From NCBI GenBank assembly GCA_015521735.1, contig WANQ01000030.1:30659-94658 (forward strand): a stretch of 64,000 nucleotides of DNA, read 5' to 3'. This DNA comes from Pyrodictiaceae archaeon (lineage in GTDB: Archaea; Thermoproteota; Thermoprotei_A; Sulfolobales; WANQ01). Positions 1-9,867 of this stretch are shown here, piece by piece (positions within the stretch are counted from its first letter, which is position 1; every line of letters begins with the position of its first letter). A program made the translations under genes and the position numbers. Under the pieces are notes generated by a model. That model ran no database searches, was not told where the DNA came from, and was given only the letters and a program-made list of their open reading frames with translations.

Positions 1-695
1 TAATAGTAGTACCTGAGAATATTAGTGAAGAGAAGAGGCTCATGAAGCTTTTTGGTGCTGAAGTAGTAGAGGTGCCAGTAGCAAGTAATCCTAGAGAATA
101 TGTTGAGGAAGCAAAGAGGATAGCGCGTAGTTTAGGGGCATACTATGTAGGTCAGTACGAGAATCCAGCTAATCCCGAAGCACATTACCGGACAACAGCA
201 CCAGAGATATGGAGGCAGTTGAAGGGTAATGTAGACGCGTTTGTAATGGGTATTGGTACTGGTGGGACAATTACTGGTGTTGCAAGGTATCTTAAGGAGA
301 GGAAAAGAGATGTGCTTATTGTAGCAGTAGAACCTGAGGGAAGCATAATATCAAAGCTATTGAGGGGTGAAAGAGCAGTGTTTAAGCCTCATGTAATAGA
401 AGGATTGACAGGGTATACTATACCGGGAAACCTTGATACTAGCTTAGTGGATAAATACATAGTTGTATCCCAGAAGGATGCTATAGAAACATGCTATAAG
501 CTACTAAGACTTGAAGGAATATTTGCAGGACCAAGTACTGGAGCACACGTATACGCAGCATTACAGGTAGCAAGAGAGCTAGGTGAGGACAAGAATGTTG
601 TGACTATAGCAGCTGATACGGGATACAAATATCTCACAACAATATATAGTAAAGAATGGGTTAAGAGCAGACTAGGATTAAATCTAAGAGCATGA
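1..695 (+). CDS. Cysteine synthase / O-phosphoserine sulfhydrylase family PLP enzyme, C-terminal ~230 aa (5' end outside the window)
   Basis: The frame is open from base 3 (IVVPENISEEKRLMKLFGAEVVEV...), upstream of the ORF-track Met at 42. GQYENPANPEAHYRTTAPEIW and GIGTGGTITGV are the fold-type II PLP (CysK/CysM/CBS) signatures. Confidence 0.85.
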   Translation, partial: IVVPENISEEKRLMKLFGAEVVEVPVASNPREYVEEAKRIARSLGAYYVGQYENPANPEAHYRTTAPEIWRQLKGNVDAFVMGIGTGGTITGVARYLKERKRDVLIVAVEPEGSIISKLLRGERAVFKPHVIEGLTGYTIPGNLDTSLVDKYIVVSQKDAIETCYKLLRLEGIFAGPSTGAHVYAALQVARELGEDKNVVTIAADTGYKYLTTIYSKEWVKSRLGLNLRA

Positions 696-717
696 GTTAT
701 GGGGCTTTAACTTATTA

Positions 718-1404
718 GTGAGGAGAATGTATTTATACGATATTGAGTGGAACGATTTGGTAAAGAAAATACCACCGCTGCTTGCTGAAGCAATAGTTAA
801 GTCTATAAGAAGGGTTTATTCTAAGTGTGCTGAACTTAATCTCAAATGTACTGATCCACCATGCGTGATTTCTCCTCTTCTAAAATGTTTAGGGTACAAT
901 GAGTACCAGGTTCGGAGATTTTGGTCCATACTTGAGAGTTTAGGGGACAATATTTCCCTGGAAATATATCGTCACTCATTGGCACACTTCAACCTATTAC
1001 TTAGCTATAGGAAGGAAACTGTAATGCACTTAAGGAACAATTGTATACCGTTAGATGAAATTGATTGTCTAAGACTTGGATCAGAGTGTATTAAAACTCC
1101 TCACGCACATGCACTGTACGTTTACATAGATGGCAGAATTGAGCATACAAGCATTCGTGTTAATGTTATTAGAGCACTATATTTCCTCTACTTGAAGAAT
1201 CCTAGAATTGTTGATGAGCTTATGAATGCATTAATAGATGTTATATGGGAACGTGGGAGCCCACTTAAACTATACAATATGGTGTTAAGCGCATTAAATA
1301 TTGGTAGTAGTATCTTGCAGTTGATTCTTCCCATTGTACCAGGTAATATTAGGGATCTTCTTAGACTATCGCCTATTCTTAGAAAGATATCGTCAAGTAA
1401 GTAG
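718..1404 (+). CDS. Hypothetical protein (228 aa, Cys-containing, no recognised motif)
   Basis: Single long ORF with a GTG start. It sits tightly between the cysteine synthase and the radical SAM genes on the same strand. Confidence 0.5.
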   Translation: MRRMYLYDIEWNDLVKKIPPLLAEAIVKSIRRVYSKCAELNLKCTDPPCVISPLLKCLGYNEYQVRRFWSILESLGDNISLEIYRHSLAHFNLLLSYRKETVMHLRNNCIPLDEIDCLRLGSECIKTPHAHALYVYIDGRIEHTSIRVNVIRALYFLYLKNPRIVDELMNALIDVIWERGSPLKLYNMVLSALNIGSSILQLILPIVPGNIRDLLRLSPILRKISSSK

Positions 1405-1539
1405 TACTAGGCTTTAATAACCGTGTTAATTACCTGGGCATACCTAGTTATCTACAGAACACCGTAGAGTTTTGTTGGAGTTATTCTACAGTTATCCTTA
1501 TTCTAAAAGAATACTATTGTATAATACATGGTGTAGTAA

Positions 1540-2949
1540 TTGAGGGTACTATTGACTTTACCGCCAGACATTCATAGACTTGAAATATACCGTATTACGG
1601 GTATGAAGGCTCCACCGCTAGGCTTAGCCTACATAGCTGCTGTGTTAGAGGAGAACGGTCATAAGGTTAAGATAATAGATACAGCAACACTCGAGATGGA
1701 TACTAGTAAGTGGATTAAGGAAGTTAGGTCTTGGAAACCAGATATAGTAGGCTTGTCAATGCTTACCCCAACAGCACCTAAGGGTTATAGAGCTGCTAAG
1801 CTTGTTAAAGAAAAGTTAGGTAGAGATGTAGTTGTAGTAGCTGGAGGCCCTCACCCTACTTACATGTATAATGAAGCACTTAGTGCTGGCATAGACATTG
1901 TTGTTCGAGGTGAAGGAGAATACACTACGTTAGAACTCGTCAATGTTTTAGAGAAATACGGGTTATACAAGGATGCTTTAGTAAAGGTTAAGGGTATAGC
2001 ATTTAAGGACAATGGGAAGGTTATTGTTACCCCTAATAGGCCGTTTATAGAGGATCTTGACAAGCTTCCATGGCCTGCAAGGCATTTACTTCCAATGGAT
2101 AAGTATACGTTGTTTGGTAAGCCTATAAGAGTAGCACATGTTATGGCTAGTAGGGGTTGTCCTTATGGATGTATGTTTTGTATAACAAGTTATTTCTGGG
2201 GGCGTAGACTAAGATTTCGTTCACCTGAAAACGTTGTAAGTGAAATAGAGTATCTTGTAGACAAGTTTAAGGTTAAACAGATAGTATTTACGGATGACGA
2301 GCTTACAGTTAATAGGAAGTTCATATATGGTCTAGTAGAGGGGCTTAAGAGTAGAGGAATAGATATTACGTTTGCTTGTGGTTCTAGAGTTGACCATGTT
2401 GATAAGAAGATACTAGAATTCCTTTATAAGAATGGATGTGTTGCCTTATACTTTGGAGTAGAATCTGCTAGTCAGGAAACACTAGATCGTATTGGTAAGA
2501 AGATTAGAGTTGAGCAAGCTGAGAGGGTATTTAAGTGGATTAAGAGTATTGGTGGCTTTGCAACTGCATCCTTTATACTAGGTTTTCCATGGGAGACTAT
2601 TGATGATATGAAGAAGACTATAGAGTTTGCAGTGAAATTGGATCCAGATTATGCTCAATTCACTGTTCTCACACCATATCCTGGTACCCCACTATATCAT
2701 TATGCGTTAAAACATAATTTAATAGAAGATGATAATTGGGAACACTATACAACACTTAAACCTGTTATGAGAGGTTTCAAGTTTACGCGAAAGCAGTTGG
2801 AACGTATGCTTAGATATGCTTATCGAAGATTCTATCTTAGGCCAAGATTCATACTTAGGGAATTGAGGGCTGGTAGACTAGGGGATATTGCTAGAATAAT
2901 TCTAAGAGAACTATTTTCTTGGATGAGAGATAAGTTGGTTGTCCACTAG
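1540..2949 (+). CDS. B12-binding-domain (class B) radical SAM protein
   Basis: N-terminal Rossmann-like cobalamin-binding region (PPLGLAYIAAVLEENGHKVKIIDT...VVVAGGPHPT). This is followed by the CX3CX2C radical SAM motif SRGCPYGCMFC. Confidence 0.85.
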   Translation: MRVLLTLPPDIHRLEIYRITGMKAPPLGLAYIAAVLEENGHKVKIIDTATLEMDTSKWIKEVRSWKPDIVGLSMLTPTAPKGYRAAKLVKEKLGRDVVVVAGGPHPTYMYNEALSAGIDIVVRGEGEYTTLELVNVLEKYGLYKDALVKVKGIAFKDNGKVIVTPNRPFIEDLDKLPWPARHLLPMDKYTLFGKPIRVAHVMASRGCPYGCMFCITSYFWGRRLRFRSPENVVSEIEYLVDKFKVKQIVFTDDELTVNRKFIYGLVEGLKSRGIDITFACGSRVDHVDKKILEFLYKNGCVALYFGVESASQETLDRIGKKIRVEQAERVFKWIKSIGGFATASFILGFPWETIDDMKKTIEFAVKLDPDYAQFTVLTPYPGTPLYHYALKHNLIEDDNWEHYTTLKPVMRGFKFTRKQLERMLRYAYRRFYLRPRFILRELRAGRLGDIARIILRELFSWMRDKLVVH

Positions 2950-2952
2950 GAG

Positions 2953-4491
2953 GTGAGAGACGTGACTGGATCTAAGAGTAGGGGTGGAGAAAGAGGAGGT
3001 ATTGGTGCACTATTAGCTGGTCTAAGAATCTTGTTCAATAACCCAGTGAGTAGGTTATTGTTAAGGATAGCTACTAGTGAGGTTAAGTGTGGTTATTCGG
3101 GTAGGTCGGTGAAGGCTCCGATAATATATCATGCTCTATCAATGTATGCTGGTGAAAACCCTTCATGCTCTCTTGCTGTTAGGTTTACAAGCATTATAAT
3201 AGACAATATAATAAGTCTTGGAGTAAAGTTGTTGAAGGGAAGAGAAGAAGAGGTGAGGGAAGCTCTAAAGGATCCTGCTCTAAGACGTGGTGTAGCATTG
3301 GTTTTGAAAGGACTAGGCTTGTATGGTGTAACTGTTCCTCAGAAACTACCTGCTCCATTCCTCATAGTCTGGAACTTCACTAATATGTGTAATCTTAGGT
3401 GTCTACACTGTTATCAGAGAGCTGATAAGCCATTGCCTAATGAGCTTAGCTTAGAGGAGAAGATTAATGTTGTGGATCAATTAGATGAAGCAGGAGTAGC
3501 TGCGATAGCGCTGAGTGGTGGTGAGCCTACAATACATCCACACTTCTATAGAATACTATATGAGATAGCTTCTAGGGGAATGTATGCTGCTGTAGCAACT
3601 AATGGTTGGGTTTTTGCTGATATTGAGAAGTTTGAGAAGGCTAAGAAGCTAGGTTTAAGGTATGTTGAGGTGTCAATTGATAGTGCTAACCCGAGGAGAC
3701 ATGACTGGTTTAGAGGTGTACCGGGTTCGTGGGAGAGAGCTGTAAAGGCGTTAGAGAATGCTGTAAAGCTTGGATTAAACCATGCTATGGCGGTAACTAT
3801 TACGAAGGTAAATATCCATGAAGTAGAAGAGATACTGGATTTAGCTGAATCTATAGGGGTTAAGAGGGTAGTCTTCTTCAACTTTGTGCCGACTGGTAGA
3901 GGGAAGGAGAATGTATGGCTAGATCTAGATCCGTTTGAAAGAGAAGAGTTCTTGAGGACAATATATAAGGAGATGTGTAAGCGGAAAATAGAGATAGTGA
4001 GTACAGCACCACAATATGGTAGAGTAGCATTACAGCTTAGTAGTGGGGGTAGTGTAGCTCCAACACACTTCTATGTAGGTGGAGATCCTATTGTGAAAGC
4101 TGTAGCAGAATTCGTAGGAGGATGTGGTGCTGGGAGAATTTATGCTGGAATACAGCCAGATGGAACACTAATACCATGCGTATTCATGCCAATACCTATT
4201 GGAAACTTAAGAAAGGAGAGCTTCTGGAAGCTTTGGACAAGCTCACCACTACTGAACTCTCTAAGGGATAGAGGAAAACTTAAGGGATATTGTCGTAACT
4301 GTATTTACAGGAATATATGTGGTGGATGTAGAGCAAGAGCTTACGGATACTTTGGAGACCCCTTAGCACCAGATCCAGGATGCATATACAATGCAAGATA
4401 CTGGAAAACCATAGTAGAAGAATCCATAGACAATAAGGAGATTTCAAAGTCAAGAAAAATACTTGTAACAAGGGCTTCTAAGCATAAGTAG
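2953..4491 (+). CDS. Radical SAM protein with C-terminal SPASM-like Cys cluster domain and ~130-aa N-terminal extension
   Basis: CX3CX2C motif in FTNMCNLRCLHCY, then ALSGGEPT. The C-terminus is Cys-rich (GGCGAGR...PCVFMP...CRNCIYRNICGGCRARAY). It starts 4 nt after the upstream radical SAM stop codon. Confidence 0.85.
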   Translation: MRDVTGSKSRGGERGGIGALLAGLRILFNNPVSRLLLRIATSEVKCGYSGRSVKAPIIYHALSMYAGENPSCSLAVRFTSIIIDNIISLGVKLLKGREEEVREALKDPALRRGVALVLKGLGLYGVTVPQKLPAPFLIVWNFTNMCNLRCLHCYQRADKPLPNELSLEEKINVVDQLDEAGVAAIALSGGEPTIHPHFYRILYEIASRGMYAAVATNGWVFADIEKFEKAKKLGLRYVEVSIDSANPRRHDWFRGVPGSWERAVKALENAVKLGLNHAMAVTITKVNIHEVEEILDLAESIGVKRVVFFNFVPTGRGKENVWLDLDPFEREEFLRTIYKEMCKRKIEIVSTAPQYGRVALQLSSGGSVAPTHFYVGGDPIVKAVAEFVGGCGAGRIYAGIQPDGTLIPCVFMPIPIGNLRKESFWKLWTSSPLLNSLRDRGKLKGYCRNCIYRNICGGCRARAYGYFGDPLAPDPGCIYNARYWKTIVEESIDNKEISKSRKILVTRASKHK

Positions 4492-4588
4492 CTATAACGT
4501 CATCGTATTGAATATTGGAGGAGTAGGAAGAGTCACCGTTAGCAGGGCTTAACTACTATAGGCTTGTTTAGAATGACTTAACAGTTAG

Positions 4589-5446
4589 TTGTTTTTAACT
4601 TTAGTGGTATTTCTAAGGAACGTCATCTGTATTCTTAGAAGGGGGTTATCTGTGTCTAGAGGTTGTAGTAGGAGGTATATAGTGTTAATTGTTCTTGCAA
4701 TTATTTTGTTGGGATTACTGAATAGTTTTATGGTTGTAGAGGGTGTTTCTACTGCTAATGGGAAAATTCTTACATATGTTGTGGAAGAGCCTAAATCATG
4801 GTATATGGATATGGTGGCTTCGCTTATTGTTAACGATACAACTGTGATTGAGGGGTATTATTCGTTTACAGTACTAGTAGCATATAATCCTAGAGAAAGC
4901 GAGCTCATTGTTAAGGGTATTCCTCAGTTCATTTCCGTGAATGTAGATAGCGTATTTGGACTACTACGTGTTGTCCCTAAGCTATTCATTAACGATATTG
5001 TGAATAAGAGTGTATTCACCTTAAAACTTGTCTACTCGAATAAGAGTATTAGTTCAAGAGAAATTAAGGTACGCGTAGAGGAGACAGTCTATGAGGGATA
5101 TAATGCAGTTAGAGTAGTGATTAGGTCTTTGAATACAACGCCTATTCTAATATACAGAGATGATGGAGTATTGCTTAAAGCTGAAGGAGTGAAAATGTAT
5201 TATAGTTCAAGACAGGCAGGCATGGTGCTTATAGCTGAAGATGATTTAGTAAAAAAGCTTTCAGAGACAACTAAGACATCTACTAGCCCGTCAGCTAGGT
5301 TAGTTGCTAATGCTACTAGGTTATTGGAGGAGAATACATCAGCTAGTGGAGTGTGGTTATCTAATCTCATGGCTACTGCTATGGTTGCTGTTGTTGTGGG
5401 AATACTAGCTATTGTCTTGGCTTACAAGTTGAGGAGAAGGTCTTAG
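4589..5446 (+). CDS. Hypothetical membrane-anchored protein (N- and C-terminal TM helices)
   Basis: Hydrophobic N-terminal segment (YIVLIVLAIILLGLL) and C-terminal TM plus basic tail (AMVAVVVGILAIVLAYKLRRRS). The TTG start is uncertain. Confidence 0.5.
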   Translation: MFLTLVVFLRNVICILRRGLSVSRGCSRRYIVLIVLAIILLGLLNSFMVVEGVSTANGKILTYVVEEPKSWYMDMVASLIVNDTTVIEGYYSFTVLVAYNPRESELIVKGIPQFISVNVDSVFGLLRVVPKLFINDIVNKSVFTLKLVYSNKSISSREIKVRVEETVYEGYNAVRVVIRSLNTTPILIYRDDGVLLKAEGVKMYYSSRQAGMVLIAEDDLVKKLSETTKTSTSPSARLVANATRLLEENTSASGVWLSNLMATAMVAVVVGILAIVLAYKLRRRS

Positions 5447-5463
5447 GAACTTGTGCTTGTTTG

Positions 5464-5739
5464 CTAGGATTGTTTTCTCATACACATTATAGCGAATACA
5501 AGGTGTATTATGCCGTAGCCTATTATGAACCATAATGGTGTTAGTGTTAGTAGGAATGCTATTGCTTGAAGGTATTGGCCTTGGCTCCATAGATTTTGTG
5601 CTACTCCGGTAATGTATTGTGTAGCTATGAGAGTCATAGGTAGTAGTATTAGTAGTAATAGTATTGCTAGTACTAGTCTCTGTAGAGGGTCTAGTCCATC
5701 AATATAGCATACATTATTGCTAGACACTTTGCTACTCAT
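5464..5739 (-). CDS. Small integral membrane protein (91 aa)
   Basis: Three hydrophobic stretches (LVLAILLLLILLPMTLIA, IAFLLTLTPLWFIIGYGIIHLVFAI). There is no competing ORF on the other strand apart from a short overlap. Confidence 0.4.
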   Translation of the reverse strand: MSSKVSSNNVCYIDGLDPLQRLVLAILLLLILLPMTLIATQYITGVAQNLWSQGQYLQAIAFLLTLTPLWFIIGYGIIHLVFAIMCMRKQS

Positions 5740-5772
5740 AGTATCTGTTTAAAATTTAGAGATTCCTAGTTT

Positions 5773-6885
5773 TTATCTTATTGGAGCTTCTAGTAATGCT
5801 TTTCTTAGTATTGGGTCTGTTATGGTGTACTTGTCTTCTTTTTTCTCAATGAATCCTGCGTCAACTAGGTTTTTTAGTAGGCTATTGAATGTTGGTTTCG
5901 GTACTTTGCCTAATTGTGCTTGTATGTAGTTGTATATGTTTGTCCATGTAGCATTGCCTAGTAGTGCTACTATTTTTAGTATTGCCTGGTATCTCTCCTT
6001 TGCTAATGGTCTTAGTTGTAGGAAGTGCTTTAGCTCCTGTAGTACTAGTTTGTATGCTTCTCTTACTACCTCGTCTACTACCTTGTTGTCTACTCTCTTT
6101 TTCTGAATTGTCTTAAAGCCTATGTAGGCTAACCAGCCTATAACGCCGTCAACTAAGCTTATTATGTACTCTATGGTTTCTCTTGAAGGCTTTATACCGT
6201 GTTGCTGGTATCCTAGTTCTAGGAACTCTCTAGACTTCTCAATAGATAGTTTTCCTAACCTGACCTCAGAGTATGCTCTACCATAGAGTGGTGCTTCTGG
6301 ATCACCTATCCTCAACAACCTGTATAGCAGGCCTACCTGTGATCCAGAAACAACTAGTCTTATATTTCTAAGGTTATCGTAGATATAGGCTAAGATGTAG
6401 TCAGCTCTATACCTTGCAAGTCTACGAAGCTCTTGTGCTTCATCTATAATGAGAACTACTTCTTCGCCCATATCATTAAGCCTACCTAGTAATTCGAATA
6501 GGTTTTGAGGCTTAAACCTTCTCAAATTAATGGTTACAGTGAACCCGCTAACACTAATACCTTCAATACTATCTAGTAGTCTAAGTATTCTCGAACGTAA
6601 ACCGCTATACCTTCTAGTAAAGGTATTCAATGCTTCAACAAATAATTGCATGAAGTCACCAATACTAATCATACCCGTAGGCAAAGCCTTACAGTCAAGA
6701 TAAACATACCTCACCTTGAACTCGTTTAAACCAGTAAGTATGAGAGAAGTCTTACCATACCTCCTTAAACCCAAGACAAGTGTTAGAGGAGAAGAACTAA
6801 TACTCCTCCTAAACTCATCAAGCTCACGTTCTCTATCAAAGAAGTCCTCTAACCTATCCTTAGGTCTAGGATCAAATAAGCTCAA
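5773..6885 (-). CDS. Archaeal AAA+ ATPase (Arch_ATPase type) with C-terminal wHTH-like domain
   Basis: Walker A GLRRYGKTSL and Walker B VVLIIDEAQEL. The length and the C-terminal helical/wHTH-like tail are typical of the archaeal ATPase family. Confidence 0.8.
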   Translation of the reverse strand: MSLFDPRPKDRLEDFFDRERELDEFRRSISSSPLTLVLGLRRYGKTSLILTGLNEFKVRYVYLDCKALPTGMISIGDFMQLFVEALNTFTRRYSGLRSRILRLLDSIEGISVSGFTVTINLRRFKPQNLFELLGRLNDMGEEVVLIIDEAQELRRLARYRADYILAYIYDNLRNIRLVVSGSQVGLLYRLLRIGDPEAPLYGRAYSEVRLGKLSIEKSREFLELGYQQHGIKPSRETIEYIISLVDGVIGWLAYIGFKTIQKKRVDNKVVDEVVREAYKLVLQELKHFLQLRPLAKERYQAILKIVALLGNATWTNIYNYIQAQLGKVPKPTFNSLLKNLVDAGFIEKKEDKYTITDPILRKALLEAPIR

Positions 6886-7004
6886 CTAGGTAACCCCCCT
6901 ATCCAGGTAGCCCCCCTACCCTACAAGAAGCTGAGGTATTTAAGGCTACGCGTAGTTTATATGCGTGTCTCCATATACTATTATTCTTGATAGGGTAAAA
7001 GCTT

Positions 7005-8165
7005 GTGTATAAGAGGAAAAGTAGTACTAGCATAGATGAAGTACTAGGAGGTAAATGGTTTATACTAGAACTAGTCTTCAATACAATTGATGAAAGCACA
7101 AGTCTACTTGGAATACTATCTAGGAGAGTAGTAGACAAGGTTAAATGGTTTATAGATAAGGCATTAGATCTACCATTAAGCTTACTCATATACTCTGGAG
7201 CCACGTTCATTCCACTAATATTCCGTGTAGGCAGCGAGAAAGCCGTTTTCATTGAAAGCCTATTGGGTAGAAGCTTAAGAGATCTTGGAGCTAAATCCAT
7301 AGACATACTATCAAGGCCAACCCAGATAATAAAGTACATTGCCTCAAGCAACATATTAGATGAAGACTACATGGATAAACTATACAACTTAACATGGAAG
7401 ATTATGGAAGAACTAAACACTAGAACCCGACACCTCTTCTCCCCCCTAACAACTCTTAAACACATACTATCACTAATGTACACGTTCCCCGAAAATTCTA
7501 GCCTACCAATACTCGAACAATACCTAGAATTAGAGGGCAAGAACAGGTACATTCCAATACCATTGAAAACACGGATAGTAAATGAAAGCATTATAGGCAT
7601 ACTCAGCACTCTTAGAGAAAAAATACTAGTACAACCAACCAACAAGTACATCACCAATCTCCAAACACTTATTAGAAAATACATAGAGGTTTTAGCTAAG
7701 ACAAGATACCTACTAGAAGAAAACGAGCAGAAAATAACATTCATAAAATTCAAGCTACAAGACTACGATAGCCTTGCCAAGTTCATAGTACATGCTAGGA
7801 ATAAGGGAGTAGACAACCATACAGTAAAAGCCGTAATACTAGATAAACTATACCTAAAAACAACAATACCATTAACCACGATTACATTCAAACTACTAGA
7901 ACTCCTAGAAAAATACCACATAGGAAAAAGAATTACCAGTGAAGACTTCACAAAACTTAGAAACATACTATACAAGTACAAAACAGTGTATAATAACTCC
8001 ATAAAGAGCGTTAAGGATGCTTGTAGAGATGGTATACTTGACATAGATACTGAAGGAATAGAGCTCGTGAAAAACAAGTCAGATAAACTATACCACTACG
8101 TAATGGATTCAATAAAACTACACGAAGACATGATTACTGGTCACGGACAACCAGTTAGCCCATAA
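7005..8165 (+). CDS. Hypothetical protein (386 aa)
   Basis: Long ORF divergent from the ATPase gene. No recognisable motifs. Confidence 0.5.
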   Translation: MYKRKSSTSIDEVLGGKWFILELVFNTIDESTSLLGILSRRVVDKVKWFIDKALDLPLSLLIYSGATFIPLIFRVGSEKAVFIESLLGRSLRDLGAKSIDILSRPTQIIKYIASSNILDEDYMDKLYNLTWKIMEELNTRTRHLFSPLTTLKHILSLMYTFPENSSLPILEQYLELEGKNRYIPIPLKTRIVNESIIGILSTLREKILVQPTNKYITNLQTLIRKYIEVLAKTRYLLEENEQKITFIKFKLQDYDSLAKFIVHARNKGVDNHTVKAVILDKLYLKTTIPLTTITFKLLELLEKYHIGKRITSEDFTKLRNILYKYKTVYNNSIKSVKDACRDGILDIDTEGIELVKNKSDKLYHYVMDSIKLHEDMITGHGQPVSP

Positions 8166-8180
8166 AACATTCTACTAAAC

Positions 8181-8756
8181 CTATCCTCCACCCTGAATAG
8201 TTCTAACCTTATCCCTAACCCTACTAAGAGACTCCCTCAACACCTTCCTAACATTAACTAGTGGTTCAAGGACCTTGTCCAGCAAACTGGTAACCTGCTC
8301 AATAAACCTACCAACCCTACCCATATCATCACCATTAACAACAACTAGTAATGGATCCACTAGCCTACGCCCACTAACATAGTGCACCAATACAACATCA
8401 GCACCACTTAAACCAGCAATAAACCCTCTAATAAAAGACTCAAAACAATCACTAGCCACTAAGTCAACATAAACAACCTTACCCAAACCCTCTAATCCAT
8501 CAGCAACAGACCTTAAAACATAGCTTAACTCAGGAACACTTAAGCTAATAGACCCTAACCGCAACTCAAGCAAAACATACCTTCCAATCAAACCCAAAGA
8601 CCTAAACTCAACCACAACCCCAGACTTAGCCAACTTAACCCTAAACACACTAGACGAGCCACGATCCACAAGAAACATTCTAGCCTCAAGCTCCTCTAAA
8701 AGACCAAGAAAAGCCTCCTCCAATGAACCACCCACATACACCACAGAAACCCCCAA
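8181..8756 (-). CDS. Hypothetical protein (191 aa), distant paralog of 10782..11429
   Basis: Val/Gly/Leu/Arg-rich ORF. Its C-terminal half (VDPLLVVVNGDDMGRVGRFIEQVTSLLDKVLEPLVNVRKVLRE) aligns by eye with TIDPLIILVRIDRGELLVKTLETIIRLIDKTLEAMTEVGKLVRE of the other ORF. Confidence 0.55.
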   Translation of the reverse strand: MGVSVVYVGGSLEEAFLGLLEELEARMFLVDRGSSSVFRVKLAKSGVVVEFRSLGLIGRYVLLELRLGSISLSVPELSYVLRSVADGLEGLGKVVYVDLVASDCFESFIRGFIAGLSGADVVLVHYVSGRRLVDPLLVVVNGDDMGRVGRFIEQVTSLLDKVLEPLVNVRKVLRESLSRVRDKVRTIQGGG

Positions 8757-8910
8757 CCATTACCCAGTAATCCTAGAATACAATACTTACCCTAGTTAAA
8801 CACCCTGAACCACCACGGAACAAAACACCGTTCAACTAGGTAAATCATCATCTACTCTTTTTAATCACTAACACCTCCTAACGGTATAGGAGCCTAGAAG
8901 AAGAGGTGTC

Positions 8911-9867
8911 GTGATGGGAAAACTAGCTTTAACCATACTCATAATAGTCGTTGTAGCACTAGTTGCTGGGGGAATAGCGTACTATATAATGCAGAAGGGA
9001 GGAATAAGCAGTATAACTAAAGGAGCAGTCAACATCACGAGCATAGAATTATACGTTAACCCGGAAAAAGTTACTGAAGCACAAACACCAATAGAAGTAC
9101 ACATAGGACTACGTAATAGCTTTCCAGTAAACGTTAAGCTAGGAGAAGGCAAACTCTCACTAATAGTCGATAGCCTAAAACTAGTAGAAATAAACATACC
9201 TAGCCAAGAAATAAGAAAAGGCCCTAATACACTAGTATTAAACGCTATAATAGACAACACACTAATAGACGAATTCTGGTACGACCACCTAAGTAGGGGA
9301 GAAAAATCAAACATAACAATCCAAGGATACATAGCATTCAAAACACCTATAGGAGACATAAAACTACCAGTAACACACTCAAGGAAACTAGAAACCAGTA
9401 TGTTCCCAGTAGAAAAAGAATTGAATAGAGAATACAATTTAGGGCCCATGGGCAAGGTAATTGTAGAGAAGATCAGAGTAGACCTAGTAAGAGTAACACC
9501 AACAAAAACAGATCTTAAAGCAAGCATAACAATTAGAAACGAGCTAAAAACAATACCACTATACATTAACGGCATAGTATTCAGGTTAAAACTAGGCGAT
9601 GGAACCATACTAGGTACTGGTCAACAAGAAGAAGCCAAGGCTATAGCACCAGGCGAAACAGATACAATAACATTCAACATAACGTTAGACAACACTAAAA
9701 TACCAATACTATGGTACAAGCACATAAAGAATAGAGAGCACACAAAGATAATAATAGAAGCATGGCTCAAAGTAAAGGTCGCTGGGAAAACAATAGAAAT
9801 ATTCAAAGAAAACCCGTTAACAACAACCATAGAGTTCAAGACAAACATATTCAAGTATAAAACCTAG
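8911..9867 (+). CDS. Membrane-anchored protein with two LEA_2/WHy-like beta-sandwich repeats
   Basis: N-terminal TM helix (LALTILIIVVVALVAGGIAYYI). Two similar segments (ITSIELYV...IGLRNSFPVNVKLGEGKLSL and VRVTPTKTDLKASITIRNELKTIPLYINGIVFRLKL) resemble LEA14/WHy repeats. The family assignment was made by eye only. Confidence 0.5.
   Translation: MMGKLALTILIIVVVALVAGGIAYYIMQKGGISSITKGAVNITSIELYVNPEKVTEAQTPIEVHIGLRNSFPVNVKLGEGKLSLIVDSLKLVEINIPSQEIRKGPNTLVLNAIIDNTLIDEFWYDHLSRGEKSNITIQGYIAFKTPIGDIKLPVTHSRKLETSMFPVEKELNREYNLGPMGKVIVEKIRVDLVRVTPTKTDLKASITIRNELKTIPLYINGIVFRLKLGDGTILGTGQQEEAKAIAPGETDTITFNITLDNTKIPILWYKHIKNREHTKIIIEAWLKVKVAGKTIEIFKENPLTTTIEFKTNIFKYKT

Noticed and set aside
8982-9608. 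208-aa ORF antisense to the 8911..9867 gene. Similar long antisense ORFs occur at 9621..9854, 11192..11446, 11920..12228, 12235..12492, 13164..13445, 15491..15959 and 15984..16211.
   Set aside because: They lie in A/C-skewed DNA, where the complementary strand is poor in stop codons. Their translations are low-complexity Ser/Leu/Val/Phe strings, and each is fully nested in a better-supported sense gene.
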